DNA from: Octopus vulgaris
Lineage: Eukaryota
DNA: 64,000 bases
Direction of reading: 5' to 3'
NCBI GenBank assembly: GCA_951406725.2
Contig: OX597814.1
Location: forward strand, 141,050,001 to 141,114,000
Position numbers and translations under genes: made by a program. Positions within the stretch are counted from its first letter, which is position 1. Every line of letters starts with the position of its first letter. The notes beneath the pieces were generated by a model. It was not told the origin of the DNA, did not search any database, and was given only the letters and a program-made list of their open reading frames with translations. Below are positions 13,080 through 26,872 of this stretch, piece by piece.

Positions 13080-14443
13080 CCAGAACCACTTAGGAGTGAA
13101 ATTTAGGATTTCTCGCTTTTCTGTGAATCGATTTTGATAAAACTTTTCCCAGCTGGTTTGTGCACTATGGCAACACGATTGTTATGTTTTCATTAATTTG
13201 TATAGCGTCCTTTCTTTTTTATTTCAGATTCTTCAGTTTTTGAATGAAAGTAGCCCATCTAGACATTTTCTTTTCAGAAAATGAAGAGTAACAATACTTA
13301 TTAAGCATACAGTGAGTATATATTTAACAGAAAACCATAATAATATTATAGTATTTATTGACATAATGAGCGCCATTTTGACGAATAACTTCAAAAACCA
13401 TATTAGTCATGAAATCTGTCAATTTCTTAATAGTAGCAGGCTGGACTACCTCTTCTGCAGCTTCGAAGTAAATTGTGGTCCATCGGCATAAACATCTTGT
13501 TTAATGATGGACCAATGATTTTCGATAGGGTTGAGATCTGGAGATGCTGGCAGCCACACCATCAGCCTTTCACCGTGTATGCAGTAAAGCCTTAGTGGTT
13601 CTGGCAGAGTGGGACGGAGCGTTGTCATGCATGACGAATACAAGATTCATATACCCAGGGATCGAATACCTCCTTCAGGAGATTGCAGTAGACAGCGGCG
13701 ATCACTTTAACCCCTTCAGACACCCTAAATGAACCAACAAGTCTATCCCCAATGATAGCAGCAACAACATGACTCCTCTACCCTGTTGTTGACGTCGTAA
13801 ACGTTGGTGAGGTTCATCTCCAAAATAGACCCGAATACTTGCCCAACCGTTAGGTCGCCCTGGTTTCGTTAGTGAACAGAACACATCTCATGTCTAACGT
13901 CATGTACTTTTGGGCCCATTGAAGCCTTAAACTCCTGTGACAAGGCATTAAAGGAGGCAGTTTCAAGGGTTATCGTACGGAAGCCATGGTTCCGAGGATG
14001 CTATTTCTGATGGTCCGGAAGCGGGGAAAATGGCTTTGCTTGTTTGTCTAGGTTTCCCCACGTAACTTGAGGCCAATATTCCTTAAATCCCTAGCTGTCA
14101 CAGTCTTGGAGGTTCTACAATCGGATCGTTTCTTCCTTGGCGAAGGGTTCTTTAGGAATCGTCTAACCGTGTCCACATAACGACCTAACTTCTCTGCAAT
14201 GACATGAAAAGAGGTGCCTTTAGCACTTTCCTTGATGATAGACTTTTCTTCATCATTAAGGCCTTTTCCACGTCCCAATGTTCTTAGAGAGGAGAGACGC
14301 TGAAGATTCTGAAATAAAAAAACCAAAGGACGTTACACAGAATAACGAAGGCATAACAATGGTGTTACCATAGTGTGCAAACTAACTGGAAAAAGTTTTA
14401 TCAGAGTCGGTTCACAGAAAACCGAGAAATCCTAAATTTCGCT

Positions 14444-14447
<4 letters not shown>
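13080..14447 (-). mobile_element. Tc1-family DNA transposon with frameshifted transposase
   Basis: ~95-bp TIRs (GAAATTTAGGATTTCTCG... / ...CGAGAAATCCTAAATTTC); minus-strand motifs GRGKGL-HTH, HDNAPSH, WLPASPDLNPIENHW. Confidence 0.92.
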
Positions 14448-14531
<84 letters not shown>

Positions 14532-14590
14532 CCTACCTACCTACCTACCTACCTACCTACCTACCTACCTATCTATCTATCTATCTATAT
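14445..14590. repeat. (CTAT)n/(CTAC)n microsatellite
   Basis: Direct reading; abuts the right Tc1 TIR. Confidence 0.95.
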
Positions 14591-15465
14591 AGGCTCAGGC
14601 GTGGCTGTGTAGTAAGAATAGGCGCAGGCAACTGGGTGACTTATAATTAAATTTCTTAAGTGATTAAATACTTCAATGACATTTCGATCTATCCTATGTA
14701 ATAGTGCAATTTAGGAATAATGCTTTTTTAGCATCTAGTTTAAAGTAGCCGTATCGAAATATCGTTGAAGCTAACTAACAGATATTTTGCTTTTGTTTTT
14801 TTTCTTTCAACACATTACACACGCATGCGCACAAATGCATTAAACAAGTTTGCATTTAGATATACATAAGTAACGGTTGCTGAAACGCACATATCTGAGT
14901 CTATTAAAGGTCAAACAACACATCAAAATGTAACCCCTTTCTATCAAATTCTTCCCCTGATGGAATACCGAATTAACGATATTCGATATGGAAATTTAAT
15001 TTAATTTATTTTAATCTAATTTCTCCAATTGATTCAATTGGGCAAGAAAACAGCTGTAGGTGAAATTGAGTTTGATATTGTTCAGAACTGTAATATGTTC
15101 TAATAAATTGAATCTATATGTCAGTTTCTTCATTTTATTTTTTCGCACATAAAAATAATATATGATGAACTCTCATACGTCACTAGACCACGTATGAGGG
15201 TTCGGCAATTTCTTACCAAACAACCACAGAAATGATTTGTTTATAGTGACCAAATGTTTGTGTAGACATAAGTTCACTCCCTGCATCAGATCGATATTAT
15301 CTGTACAGGTACAACGGGTACCAAATGTCAGATGTCGAAATGATCGCAGAGCAACGTGAAATGAAGTACTTTGCTCAAGAACACAACGCAACGCCTGCCC
15401 TGGGAATCGAAACATGATCTCGCAGTCGAGAGTAAAACACCCTAACCATTAAGCCATGCACCTTC

Positions 15466-15508
<43 letters not shown>

Positions 15509-15570
15509 AGTGTGTGTGAGTATTGATGAGTAGTATATTACTTGATAGGCATATAACTAGTCAGAATGTA

Positions 15571-15650
<80 letters not shown>

Positions 15651-16117
15651 CACTACTTGTGTACCGCAAAGCGCAAGGATCTGTCTTCCCACCCGCTCTT
15701 TTTAACACCTGTCTACATAACCTTCTTAAACCTTTTCCAAACAAATACACAACTTCATACATGCACAAATGACATTTCAACAGTTGCATCCTTCCAGTTT
15801 ATTAACCCCTAAATACAGCTACACAGCTGCTGGAATTATACGCCTCGAATGAGATAAGTTCAGGTGAGCAGTGTACTGTCGTACGTTGGCAGAGGCCATC
15901 TTGTCTACCATCAGTAAAATATTTTAGATTTATCTTGTTACTTGTATCACAGTGATTTGCTTATTGAACAGCTGTGGAGGCTTGGATAAGTAGATACAAC
16001 ATTATGTATTCATGTATATAACTCATTTAACATTTAAAGGCAATTTACAAGAGAACGTTGAATTTGGCAAGGAGAATTGCGTAAGTATATAAAGTGATAG
16101 ATATATAGGCAGAGTCA

Positions 16118-16180
<63 letters not shown>

Positions 16181-16198
16181 TGTATGTATGTATGTATG

Positions 16199-16230
<32 letters not shown>

Positions 16231-16309
16231 TATATACACACAAATATATATATATTTATATATAGGTATTTATGTATGTATGTGTGTATGTGCGTGTATA
16301 TATATATAT

Positions 16310-16359
<50 letters not shown>

Positions 16360-16748
16360 GAAAACGTGGGGAGAAAGGGAGAGAGAGAAGGAGAGGGGGA
16401 GTGAGACGAGAGAAAGAGAGATATAAGGAGTGAGAGGCAGAGAGGAGAGAGAAAATGAATGAATGTGAGATGATGCGACAGAAGGGTAAAAAGAAAGCAA
16501 ATGAAAATGAGAAGAAAGTGAGAAACAGGGAAGGAGAGAGAGAGGGGGGGGAGAAATAGAAGATTAGATAGAAATGAATAGATAGATAGAGAGAGTGAGT
16601 GAGAGTGAGAGAAAGGGAGAAGTAGTGAGACAAAGATACGAGAAAGCGAGAGAAAGAATTAGGAAGGAAACAGAGACCGTTGGCTGTAAATGAACGAGAT
16701 TGAAAGAAAAATGAAAGAGAAGGGAGAAGGGTAACTGAAACGATTCTT

Positions 16749-16936
16749 TTCTTTTATTCTTTTATTTGTTTCAGTCATTTGACTGCGGCCATGTTGGAGC
16801 ACCGCCTTTAGTCGAGCAAATCGACCCCAGGACTTATTCTCTGTAAGTCTAGTACTTTTTCTATTGGTCTCTTCTGTTGAATCGCCAGATATCGCGGACG
16901 TAAACACACCAGCATCAGTTGTCAACGATGTTGGGT

Positions 16937-16976
<40 letters not shown>

Positions 16977-17146
16977 TTATAGACGACAGGCTTCTTTCAG
17001 TTTCCGCTTACCAAATCCACTTACAAAACTTTGGTCGGTCCGAGGCTATAGTAGAAGACACTTGCCCAAGGTGCTACACAGTGGGACTGAATGGGGAACC
17101 ATGTGGTTGGTAAGCAAGCTACTGACCACACAGCCACTCCTGCGCC
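16749..17146 (-). mobile_element. SINE family A copy
   Basis: Full-length reverse match including internal (CA)n tract and (TCTTTTA) tail. Confidence 0.88.
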
Positions 17147-18289
17147 GGTTGTGGATCTTAAATCTCTTCTGACAGAATAACAAACGTAACTGGATTATTG
17201 AAGACAGAATAACAAACGTAACTGGATTATTGAAGACAGCATAAATGTTGTTTGAGAGAAAAAAAAACGACGAAATAATAGAGAGAGGGAGGGAGCAATA
17301 GAGAGAGAGAGAGAAAGAGAGAGGGGTATAAAAGAGAGAGAGAGGAAAGATATGTCTGACTATTTTTTTTACTAATATTTCACTAATATTTTTTTTACTT
17401 CTTTCGATCATAGGTATGCGGCCATACTGGAGTATCGCCTTCAAGGCTTTTTCTTTTCTTTTAGTTGATCAAATTGACCCCAACACCTGTACCTTTAAAT
17501 CTGATAAGTTACGGGCGGTTTATTTTTTTGTTGCGGAGCAATAAACTTATACTGGTTGTCAAGCGGTGAAAGACAAACATAAACGTAGGCACTCACTCAC
17601 ATACATATGTATTACAGGTTTCCGCACAGCTTTTGTCGACCAAATTCACCCACAAGGCATTAGTCATCCCACAGTTATAGCAAAATCGACACTGACCACA
17701 CAGTGTGATTGAACTCGAAACCACGTAGATTTGAAGGAATCTTGTTAACCACACAGCTATGCCTACGACTCTTTAAGTCTCTAACCTGACAGCACAAATA
17801 TCTAAATTGATCTTACGCCTAAGAAATGTTTACAAGTTGTCCATTATATCGAGCACTTTGTATGAAAGCTTCTACGCACTAAATATTTGCAATATAATTG
17901 ATTGCATTATAAGATAGGATTTAAAATATTTATCATCTCTTTCCTCAGGAAATAGAATACTCCAGAAACATTAATTAATAGCAATTATTCACACCAGAGA
18001 ATTACTAAGTACAATTTTCGATTACATTCATTATTTGATTCAGCGTAGATTTTCCTCCCTTCGGTATATGGTAAAATAACTTATTCGTTTCTCCTCGCCT
18101 CGAGGTTTTTGTTTACTAACCCGATTTCTGTGTCTATCCAACAACATCCCCATTACAATTCTCCCTTGGAAGCGTTGAATAAATATCTGTATTTTTTTTT
18201 TAAATAGATATTTTGCATCATGCCTAGTAATATAGATTGTGTTATCTTCTTAGTAAATTTAAATATGTGTGCATGTATAATTAAATGGT

Positions 18290-18519
18290 TCTGTTCTTTT
18301 ATTCATTCATTTGTGATTTTAGTCGAAGAAATCGACCCCAGTACTTATTCTTTGTAAGACTAGTACTTATTCTATCCGTCTCTTTTGGTGAACCGCTAAA
18401 TTACGGGGACATAAACACACCAGCATCGATTGTCAAGCGATGTTGGGGGTGGGGACAAACATTCACACACAAATATATGCACACACACACACACACACAC
18501 ACACATACAAACACACACA

Positions 18520-18565
<46 letters not shown>

Positions 18566-19460
18566 ACGGGCTTCTGTCAGTTTCCGTCTAGCAAACCCAT
18601 TCACAAGGCTTTGGTCGGCCCGAAGCTTTAGTCGAAAACACTTGCCCAAGGTGCCATGCAATGGGACTAAACCCAGAACCATGTGGTTGGGACGCAAGCT
18701 TCTTACCTCACAGTCACGCCTGCGCCTATTGTCTAAGATATACTCTTTTACTTGTTTCAGTCATTTTACTGCGGCCAAGCTGGAGCACCGCCTTTAGTCG
18801 AGCAAATCGACGCCAGGACTTATTCTTTGTAAGCCTAGTACTGATTCTATCGGATCCTTTTGCCGAACCACTAAGTTACGGGGGTTGTAAACACACCACC
18901 ATCAGATGTCAAACGATGTTGGGGGGGGGGACAAATACAGACACAAACATATATACACACATTCATATATATATGTTTGCCAAAATATCGAACATTCTGT
19001 AAGAATATTTTCAAGTATCGAATAGTTGTTATACTGATTGCATTATGAGATAGATTATATATATATATATAAATAATATAAGATAGAATAAGATATTATA
19101 ATAGGTGCATGAGTGGCTGTGTGGTAAGTAGCTTGCTTGACAACCACATGGTTCCGGGTTCAGTCCCACTGCGTGGCACCTTGGGCAAGTGTCTTCTACT
19201 ATAGCCTCGGGCCGACCAAAGCCTTGTGAGTGGATTTGGTAGACGGAAACTGAAAGAAGCCCGTCGTATATATGTATGTATATATATGTATGTGTGTGTA
19301 TATGTTTGTGTGCCTGTGTTTGTCCCCCCCAGCATCGCTTGACAACCAATACTGTTGTGTTTATATCCCCGTAACTTGGCGGTTCGGCCAAAGAGACCGA
19401 TAGAATAAGTACTAGGCTCCAGCATGGCCACAGTCACATGACTGAAAAAAGTAAAAGAGT
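18290..19460. mobile_element. Cluster of three SINE family A copies (- 18290-18728, - 18742-18965 partial, + 19102-19460)
   Basis: Family A motifs GTGGCACCTTGGGCAAGTGTCTTC and CCAGCATGGCC in both orientations. Confidence 0.85.
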
Positions 19461-19526
19461 AATATATTAAGATATTAAGATATAGTAAATACATTATAAT
19501 ACAGGTGACTCTGTGGCGTGTGTGTG

Positions 19527-19600
<74 letters not shown>

Positions 19601-19974
19601 TTGATTTTTGATTTTTGATTTTTCCAGTTTCAGCTAATGAGCTGTGGCCATGCTGGGGCACATATATATATATATATGTATATCTTTATATATATACATA
19701 TATCTTTATATATATACATACACACACACACACATATATATATACACATGTATTCACACATGATGTTTTTGTAAAGAATTCTTGATACAGTCACTATATC
19801 TGAAGAAAAAAATTATTTCATTAAAAATCATTGATTATTTAAAATAGCAGAATAGTACAAAGCTTTTAGAATGGAGTTTTGATTCGAAATCTTCCTGCCA
19901 AAATATTCAAGTTATTCTATCTTTTTTAAAAGATCACTTTACATAATGAAAATTTGAGAAAATGTTCCTTCAAG

Positions 19975-20049
<75 letters not shown>

Positions 20050-20116
20050 TTATCTATCTATCTATCGATCGATCGATCGATCTGTCTGTCTGTCTGTCTC
20101 TCTATCTATCTGTCTA

Positions 20117-20171
<55 letters not shown>

Positions 20172-20741
20172 GTCTATCTGTCTATCTATTTATCTTCTGT
20201 TGAGGTATGGTCTAGGCTGTTTCAAGAATTTTGTATGATTCGTAAAAAAATTGCTTAAATTTTAGTTAGTGACTTCATGATAGAAAATTCATCCTTGTTG
20301 ACTAATGGAGATAATACGTGCATAAACTGACCCTCTTTGAGACTCAGCTGGGATCATTCACAGAAAGAACTCTTTCTCTCCCAGAATAGGTTTTCGTTTC
20401 TAAAACTTACTTTCGTTTTAGGCATTTTCCCACCACCTAGCTGTCCAAGGCAGGCATTATGTGTCTTCGACCAGCAGATCTAATTGGTTGTCTATATTGC
20501 TAAGTGCAATAATAGATCTGAAACCAATGGTAACTTTCTGACCGGTCATAACCAACGGGTATGTATGTGTATATGTGTCTGTCTGTATATATACACGCTG
20601 GTATCAAACAGTGAGGATGAATACTTATTCTCATCAAAGATAGAGAAAGTAACAACATCCCACGTGGCATGCTTGATAATTGCTGAGAATTCTCTGCGTG
20701 AAAGCAATGGTAAACTTGTTAAACAACAGATAAAGTATATA

Positions 20742-20807
<66 letters not shown>

Positions 20808-20981
20808 CACACACATATATATATATAATTTCAGTAAAACAATTAAGACTCAAATGAGTTCCAATGAATTCACATGAATGTGGTACTTAACTTAGATGCA
20901 CCAGAAATCTTTATGGTATTAACCACAAAATAATGTGGGGTGATTATAAACAAGAAAAAAGCAACAAGAATGGATTAGTTG

Positions 20982-21070
20982 TTCAGTACAATTGTTTCAT
21001 ACGAAGAACAGATTTATTAAAAGCTGCAAATATTGCAGCAAATACAAGTGTCCCGTATTCATCAGCCAAA
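20982..21070 (-). ncRNA. Type I hammerhead motif with canonical core, left palindrome arm
   Basis: Reverse complement TTTGG-CTGATGA-ATACG-[~50 nt]-CGTAT-GAAA-CAATTG-TA-CTGAA. Confidence 0.75.
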
Positions 21071-21305
21071 ACACATATGAGTTTTCCAAACATCCTAGGG
21101 GGTGAGGCTACACTCATGAAGTATCGAAGAGAGTTCTATGAAAAGCAAAGTTAGATTGTAAGCAGATTTAAAATGTTTTCTAATGATGCACATTAGAAAA
21201 CATTTTAAATCTGCTTACAATCTAACTTTGCTTTTCATAGAACTCTCTTCGATACTTCATGAGTGTAGCCTCACCTGCTAGGATGTTTGGAAAACTCATC
21301 TGTGT

Positions 21306-21394
21306 TTTGGCTGATAAATACGGGACACTTGTATTTGCTGCAATATTTGCAGCTTTTAATAAATCTGTTCTTCGTATGAAACAATTGTACTGAA
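21306..21394 (+). ncRNA. Hammerhead copy in right palindrome arm, core variant CTGATAA (G8A)
   Basis: TTTGG-CTGATAA-ATACG...CGTAT-GAAA-CAATTG-TA-CTGAA. Confidence 0.65.
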
Positions 21395-21426
21395 CAACTA
21401 ATCCATTCTTGTTGCTTTTTTCTTGC

Positions 21427-21516
<90 letters not shown>

Positions 21517-21743
21517 GCGATGGTCTTTGGTATGCAGCGTCGGTTTTTACAATTCTGTAAATAATGATAATAGTATTTTATAAGCGATCACCGTGCAATG
21601 ACTAAAGAAAATAGTCTAATAATGGGCATATAAGCCCTCGACGGAAGAAAGTAGGTTTTCCCGGACACGATAAACTCGAATCCACATCTCTTTATATATA
21701 TATATATATAATATTTATATAATATTTCTCTTCTCTCTCTCTC

Positions 21744-21820
<77 letters not shown>

Positions 21821-22199
21821 TTATTACAAATCTTATTTTAATAGGTTTAGTACTATTAATTGTTTCGATGGTTTCAGTTTTATTTTCCTGTATCCGTAGA
21901 CCTACATCAAGATTAGATGCAATTCTAATGTTAATGGACCATTATGATTCGCAATACCATGAAATATAGATTTAGATTTTACTGAGAGCTAACTTTATAT
22001 TGCGAGTGTTTACTATTGCCGTAGGTGAAATTTCTTTCTTCTTTTTTCCTTTCCGTATTATTGTGTTGTGACTTTCGAATAATTCATGCAACAAATATTA
22101 AAACCATGCCAAAAGAAAAAACAAATCAGGATAAAGAAATATGCTTGCGGCTATTTACCAAAGTATTTGAAGATAGGTTTCATCGACTCTTTCACGAAC

Positions 22200-23805
22200 G
22201 AACAACTTCTAAAGTGTCTAATATCATAAGACATTTTCTACAGAAGCTATGAAAACTAGACATCTTGTTACAAAACATCTAAAAGAGAAGGATATAGTCA
22301 TTGAATATTTTCAAGAACTGTACTAAAGATTTAAAAATCGTTCAAGAAACTAAATTCAATGAACGTAAACGGTTTAACCGCATTATATCATAAATTACTA
22401 CTAATTGTAAAAAGTGGTGAAAGCAATAACATTAGGAGAAAGTTTGATAAAACTTTCTATCAAAGAACTTTTTTCTATAGTTACGTACCAGAATCCAACT
22501 GAAGTTATAAAAACACTACTCATTTGCAACAGCACAATAATGCGACGCATTCATGAAATGGTGGTGAACGTTGAAAATAAACTTATAGCTATCCTTCAAA
22601 ACTCACCATTTCCCATGGACGATTCTTCCATTGCCGATTATTATGTTTTATTAATGGCATATGTATGATACTTTGATGAAAACAGTACATTGCAAAAAGA
22701 AATGCTACTCGATTTAAATGTTATTACAGCCACAAAACACCGATCAATATTTATTGCTGCGAAATCATACTTTGCAAAGAAAAAAAGAAAGAAAAGAAAA
22801 AAATAATATCCCCCAATATTGTTGCATACGCTACTAATGAAGCATCATGAATGATTGGTCGCTATCGTAGTTTTGCCGCGTATTTGAAGGAAGAAGTCCC
22901 AAATGTTTCAGGTATTCATTGTGTTATATAGACAGTATCTTGTAGGAAAACATTTAAACACATGCCTTCAGTTAACATTAAGTATTATTACTATAGCTAT
23001 AAAATAAAATCGAATGTTAAAAATGATGTTTCAATAGATTTACCAGGATAAAAGCAAGCAATTTATTAGATTACTGCATTACACAGGAATTCGTTGACTC
23101 TTAAATGTTGCAATGTTTGACTCGTTTTGTCGAATTTTTTACTGTGTCATAGAGTTTTTGTAAGAATGAAATTAACGTTCGATTCAGTCACCAATTATAA
23201 ATAATAATAACGCATGGTGTCTTATTTGGCAGGCATTTTAAAGTAGTTTCATGAAATTAATTTGCTGCTCACAACAAAGTAACGAACATGTTATTACTTC
23301 CTGAAAAACTTGATCTCTTTCCTTATAATATTCTGAAGAAGGAATTCTGTTAGTTTATGGAATTGCCATCAATTAAGCATGATGTAACCCCAGAGGAGAT
23401 TTAACGGTTCAGTTGACATCCCAGTCAAATTAAAAATAGAAAGGGAAAAACATTCAACGGTTTTTTTTAACTTGAAAGTATATGACTGGATGGTGAATCT
23501 TTTTAATGCAAATCGTTGCTACGTGGCTGGAAGAACCTTTAAAACTTACATATGATAAAGAAAGCAAATCTTATTTCAAGATATGTGAACACCAAAGTTT
23601 ATGGGAAAATAGAAAAAAATTATACTTAACTCACTGCCATCATTTCCTACTTCAAATCTTGTGGAATCAGAATTTAGTATTGTAAACTATAAACGGAGAA
23701 TAGTCTAAAATTTACTGAAAGTTGAGCCTTAGCTTGTTCCTTACGAAACTGGAACCAGATATTCAGCAGTTAGTTTCTCGGCATCAGGCTCAAGGATTTC
23801 ATTAA
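22200..23805 (+). pseudogene. Decayed hAT (Charlie/Buster; SCAND3/ZBED8-like) transposase
   Basis: TLGESLIK...NSTIMRRIHEM...MDDSSI..LLMAYV, IHCVI, FPTSNLVESEFS, C-terminal LTKLEPDIQQLVSRHQAQGFH*; many stops and frameshifts. Confidence 0.85.
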
Positions 23806-24174
23806 ATTAAAGGTAATTTCGATTTATTTTTTTAATTAATGCAGGTTTAACTTTTTTTCAGTCAATAAATAAGTAAATGGCACGAACTTTTACCCCCATG
23901 AAAGTTACATAAACAGGCGCGATGTAGTTAAGAGATTGTCGAGTAGTACTACTTTGCTACGTATTGAACTCCATTTTCTTTTGTGAACAAATCGAAACAT
24001 TTGAACTATATATGTGTGTGAGTGTATGTGTGTGAGTGTATATGTGCGTATATGTGTGTGCTTGTGTGTGTGCATAAACAGCAGTATGGAGACAGAAACA
24101 AAACGGATCTTTAAGTGTATATGAATAAATATGTATGTACTTAACGGTCACTAATTTTAACGCCATTTGTGTGT

Positions 24175-24250
<76 letters not shown>

Positions 24251-25102
24251 CACAGTGATTGGGAATTCGAGAGAGTAAGGAGTAAACAGTGTAAAAAAAA
24301 TTTTGAAATATTTGCCATTATTAAAGTACAACAAAGTCATTGATGGCTTCTGGTGTGTTTATAATATTACGAAAGTCATGTCAAATGAATAACAGTGAAA
24401 AGCTCTCTTGGTCACTTTAAACAAAAGTTTAATCTTTGCTGAAGCAATCTCTTACCTTGAAGGCAAACATTAAGCTTCTGGCATAAACTTAGTTTCGAAA
24501 ACTGTTCTGAACTTTCATTTGACATGTCCTCGTGATCGGATATTGTTCATTATTCATAGATGAATTAAGTCAAATAGAAAGAAGAAATAAAAGGCTGTTA
24601 AAATGTCAAAGCAAATATCGAAAATGGTATTTAATGGAAATAGTTTGTGAAACAAAGAAAATAAAAACAGAATTTAATTTCAACAACATATTTTCAGCTT
24701 AGTTCTGCATCAACAAACATCCAATGGTAATTGCAGTCGAGTGACTTTTGCATGAACAATAGTTTATGAGTTCAAATCCAATACTGGCGATGTATCAAAC
24801 GTTTCGTTGTGTTCAAAGAAGGACAATTTATTTTGTATGATCTACTTCATGTTGAAGTCTGTGTAAATTGCCGCAGTTTCCTAGGAAAGCTAGCTGTTAT
24901 GAATTAGCACAATTTCCATTTGGTAGAACTTTCTACTACAGGCACAAGATCTGAAATTTTGGGAAGGGGGCCACTCGATTATATCGACCCCACTATGTAA
25001 CTGGTACTTATTTCATTGACTCCGAAAGGATGAAAGTTAAAATCGACCTCGGTGGAATTTGAACTCAATGAAATGCTGGACGAAATGCTTCCAAGTATTT
25101 TG

Positions 25103-26135
25103 GGTGCTAGTATAGTTTGCAGTCTATCACGATGTCAAACAGTATAGCCAGGGTTATCTACCTTAAAAACTACTCGTTATCACTTCACCTTTCCACTTGC
25201 AATTTACCTTACATTGAAATGTTGCTGAAAGATTTTTATGCGCGTGTCATCTTGACAGAGGAAACAGCAGTCACATTTTTACAAGATTACAATCTGCTAG
25301 ATACACAACAAAAAGTAGATCCCTGCCATCGATGCAGTACTGTCATGCAGGAAAAATGAAAGCGTGACACAGGTGGACAATTGAGGCCTGTACTTCGTTG
25401 TCTTCTAAAGGGGTGTCAAATTTCACGTTCAGTTCGTAAAGGAAAAATGCTGAATGGTGACAACGCACCTCCTTTTGAAGACAGTGATGCAAAACAACGA
25501 AACAACAGGAACCATGGACATAGAATTGATGGGCCATGGGTTTTTGGTCTCAAACAAAGCTCAGACAGTCGATACTTTTGTGTGGAACGGCGTGACGGGA
25601 ACAGTCTGATCCCAATTATTGATAGAGAATGTGAAAATGGTTCAGTAATTCATTCAGATGAGTAGCCCGCTTATAATAATTTAAATGCCATAGGTTATCA
25701 CCATCTGACAGTGAACCCTCAACGACATTATGTGGATCCAGTGATCGGAGCACACACTCAGGCCACTGAGTGACCATGCTAAAACAATGATTCTGAAAAA
25801 AATGAGCGGCATTGGTACTGCGCATTTCCAGTCACATCTTGATCATTGCTGCTGGAAGATGATGAAGAAAACATCAGATGATTTATTTGTATCGTATCTT
25901 AATGGCATAAGAAGTGTTTATCGTTAAAATGGGTTGTCTTGATTTATCTGTGTAATTTCTTTATCATATAAAATAATATAAGATTCAATTCTTCTTATTT
26001 GTGTAATTCCTTTATAATGCACGAAGTGTTTTATCTCTGAAATATCTGAAGTTTTTTAATCTCTGAAATATCTGAAAGTTAAGATAGATAATCATGGCTA
26101 TACTGTTTGAGACCGAGGTAGACTATACTAGCACC
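25103..26135 (+). mobile_element. Merlin (IS1016/ISXO2-like) DNA transposon, defective
   Basis: TIRs GGTGCTAGTATAGT... / ...ACTATACTAGCACC; perfect 8-bp TSD GTATTTTG (25095-25102, 26136-26143); WVFG, IHSDE, AY, TVN..YVDPVIGAHTQ motifs. Confidence 0.93.
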
Positions 26136-26730
26136 GTATTTTGTTTCGCGTGATTAAGATTCTTCCAGGTCGCCGCCTTATAGAATTTATAAATAATAAA
26201 TTCCGAGGATATAACTTATAAGCTTCAATAATAATATGAAAATATGATAATTTTGGGTCTATATACAGAAAAAGAATTTCAAATGAGGGGTGTCCACAAT
26301 CTCAAACGATATTCATTTTCTGCTGAGTGATACCAGAAGGAAAAATAAGACAAAGACATAGGAGTAGAAGGCATTCAAGAAGGTTTAAATCTGGAGGGAG
26401 GGTTAGGGAAATGTGTTTTGTGCTGAATGTAAACAGAAGGTTTACATACAGTTGGGATAATTAGGAACATAATATATAAACAATATATCCTGATACAAAA
26501 TCATTTTAGGATTTATTACTTGAACATTTCAGCAACCATTTCAATAGAAAAATAATGATAGTCAATATCTCGCACACTGGATTGCATGTTAGAAATACCA
26601 ACTTCATGCTTCATGTTTTTCTCTCATATTATCTCTTCGTCTGTCAATCTATGTCTCCCCACTCTCTCTCTATACATATAAATAGAAAGATAAGAAAAGT
26701 GAGGTAAAAGAATAGATGGTTATTCCATTG

Positions 26731-26872
26731 GTTTATAGCTGTTTCTTGTTAGTTATATAACAGATATTACAACACCATTCGCGCACATATATAAAATATA
26801 CATATAAATACGTATGTACACCTATATATGAAAATGTACTGAAAATTTAACTAACAGACTAATCTTCAGAAC
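26731..26872 (-). ncRNA. Degenerate hammerhead motif with very long loop II
   Basis: Reverse complement GTT-CTGAAGA-..TGTTAGTTA-[~90 nt]-TAACTAACA-A-GAAA-CAGCTA-TA-AAC. Confidence 0.5.

Larger units (their letters stand above)
20951..21425. repeat. Long near-perfect palindrome (235-bp arms, 5-nt loop ATGCA)
   Basis: Arms 20951-21185 and 21191-21425 are reverse complements with about 4 mismatches. Confidence 0.97.

Noticed and set aside
17171-17239. Exact 32-bp tandem duplication
   Set aside because: Ordinary slippage duplication, like those at ~9303 and ~26033
16864-19494. Recurring ORFs with [29 protein letters not shown]
   Set aside because: Antisense translation of SINE family A; recurrence reflects copy number
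21635-21680. Possible decayed hammerhead in a TA-flanked segment
   Set aside because: Core too degenerate to support
25103-26135. IS1595-like protein suggesting bacterial contamination or transfer
   Set aside because: Explained by the eukaryotic Merlin superfamily; embedded in a host SINE with a TSD
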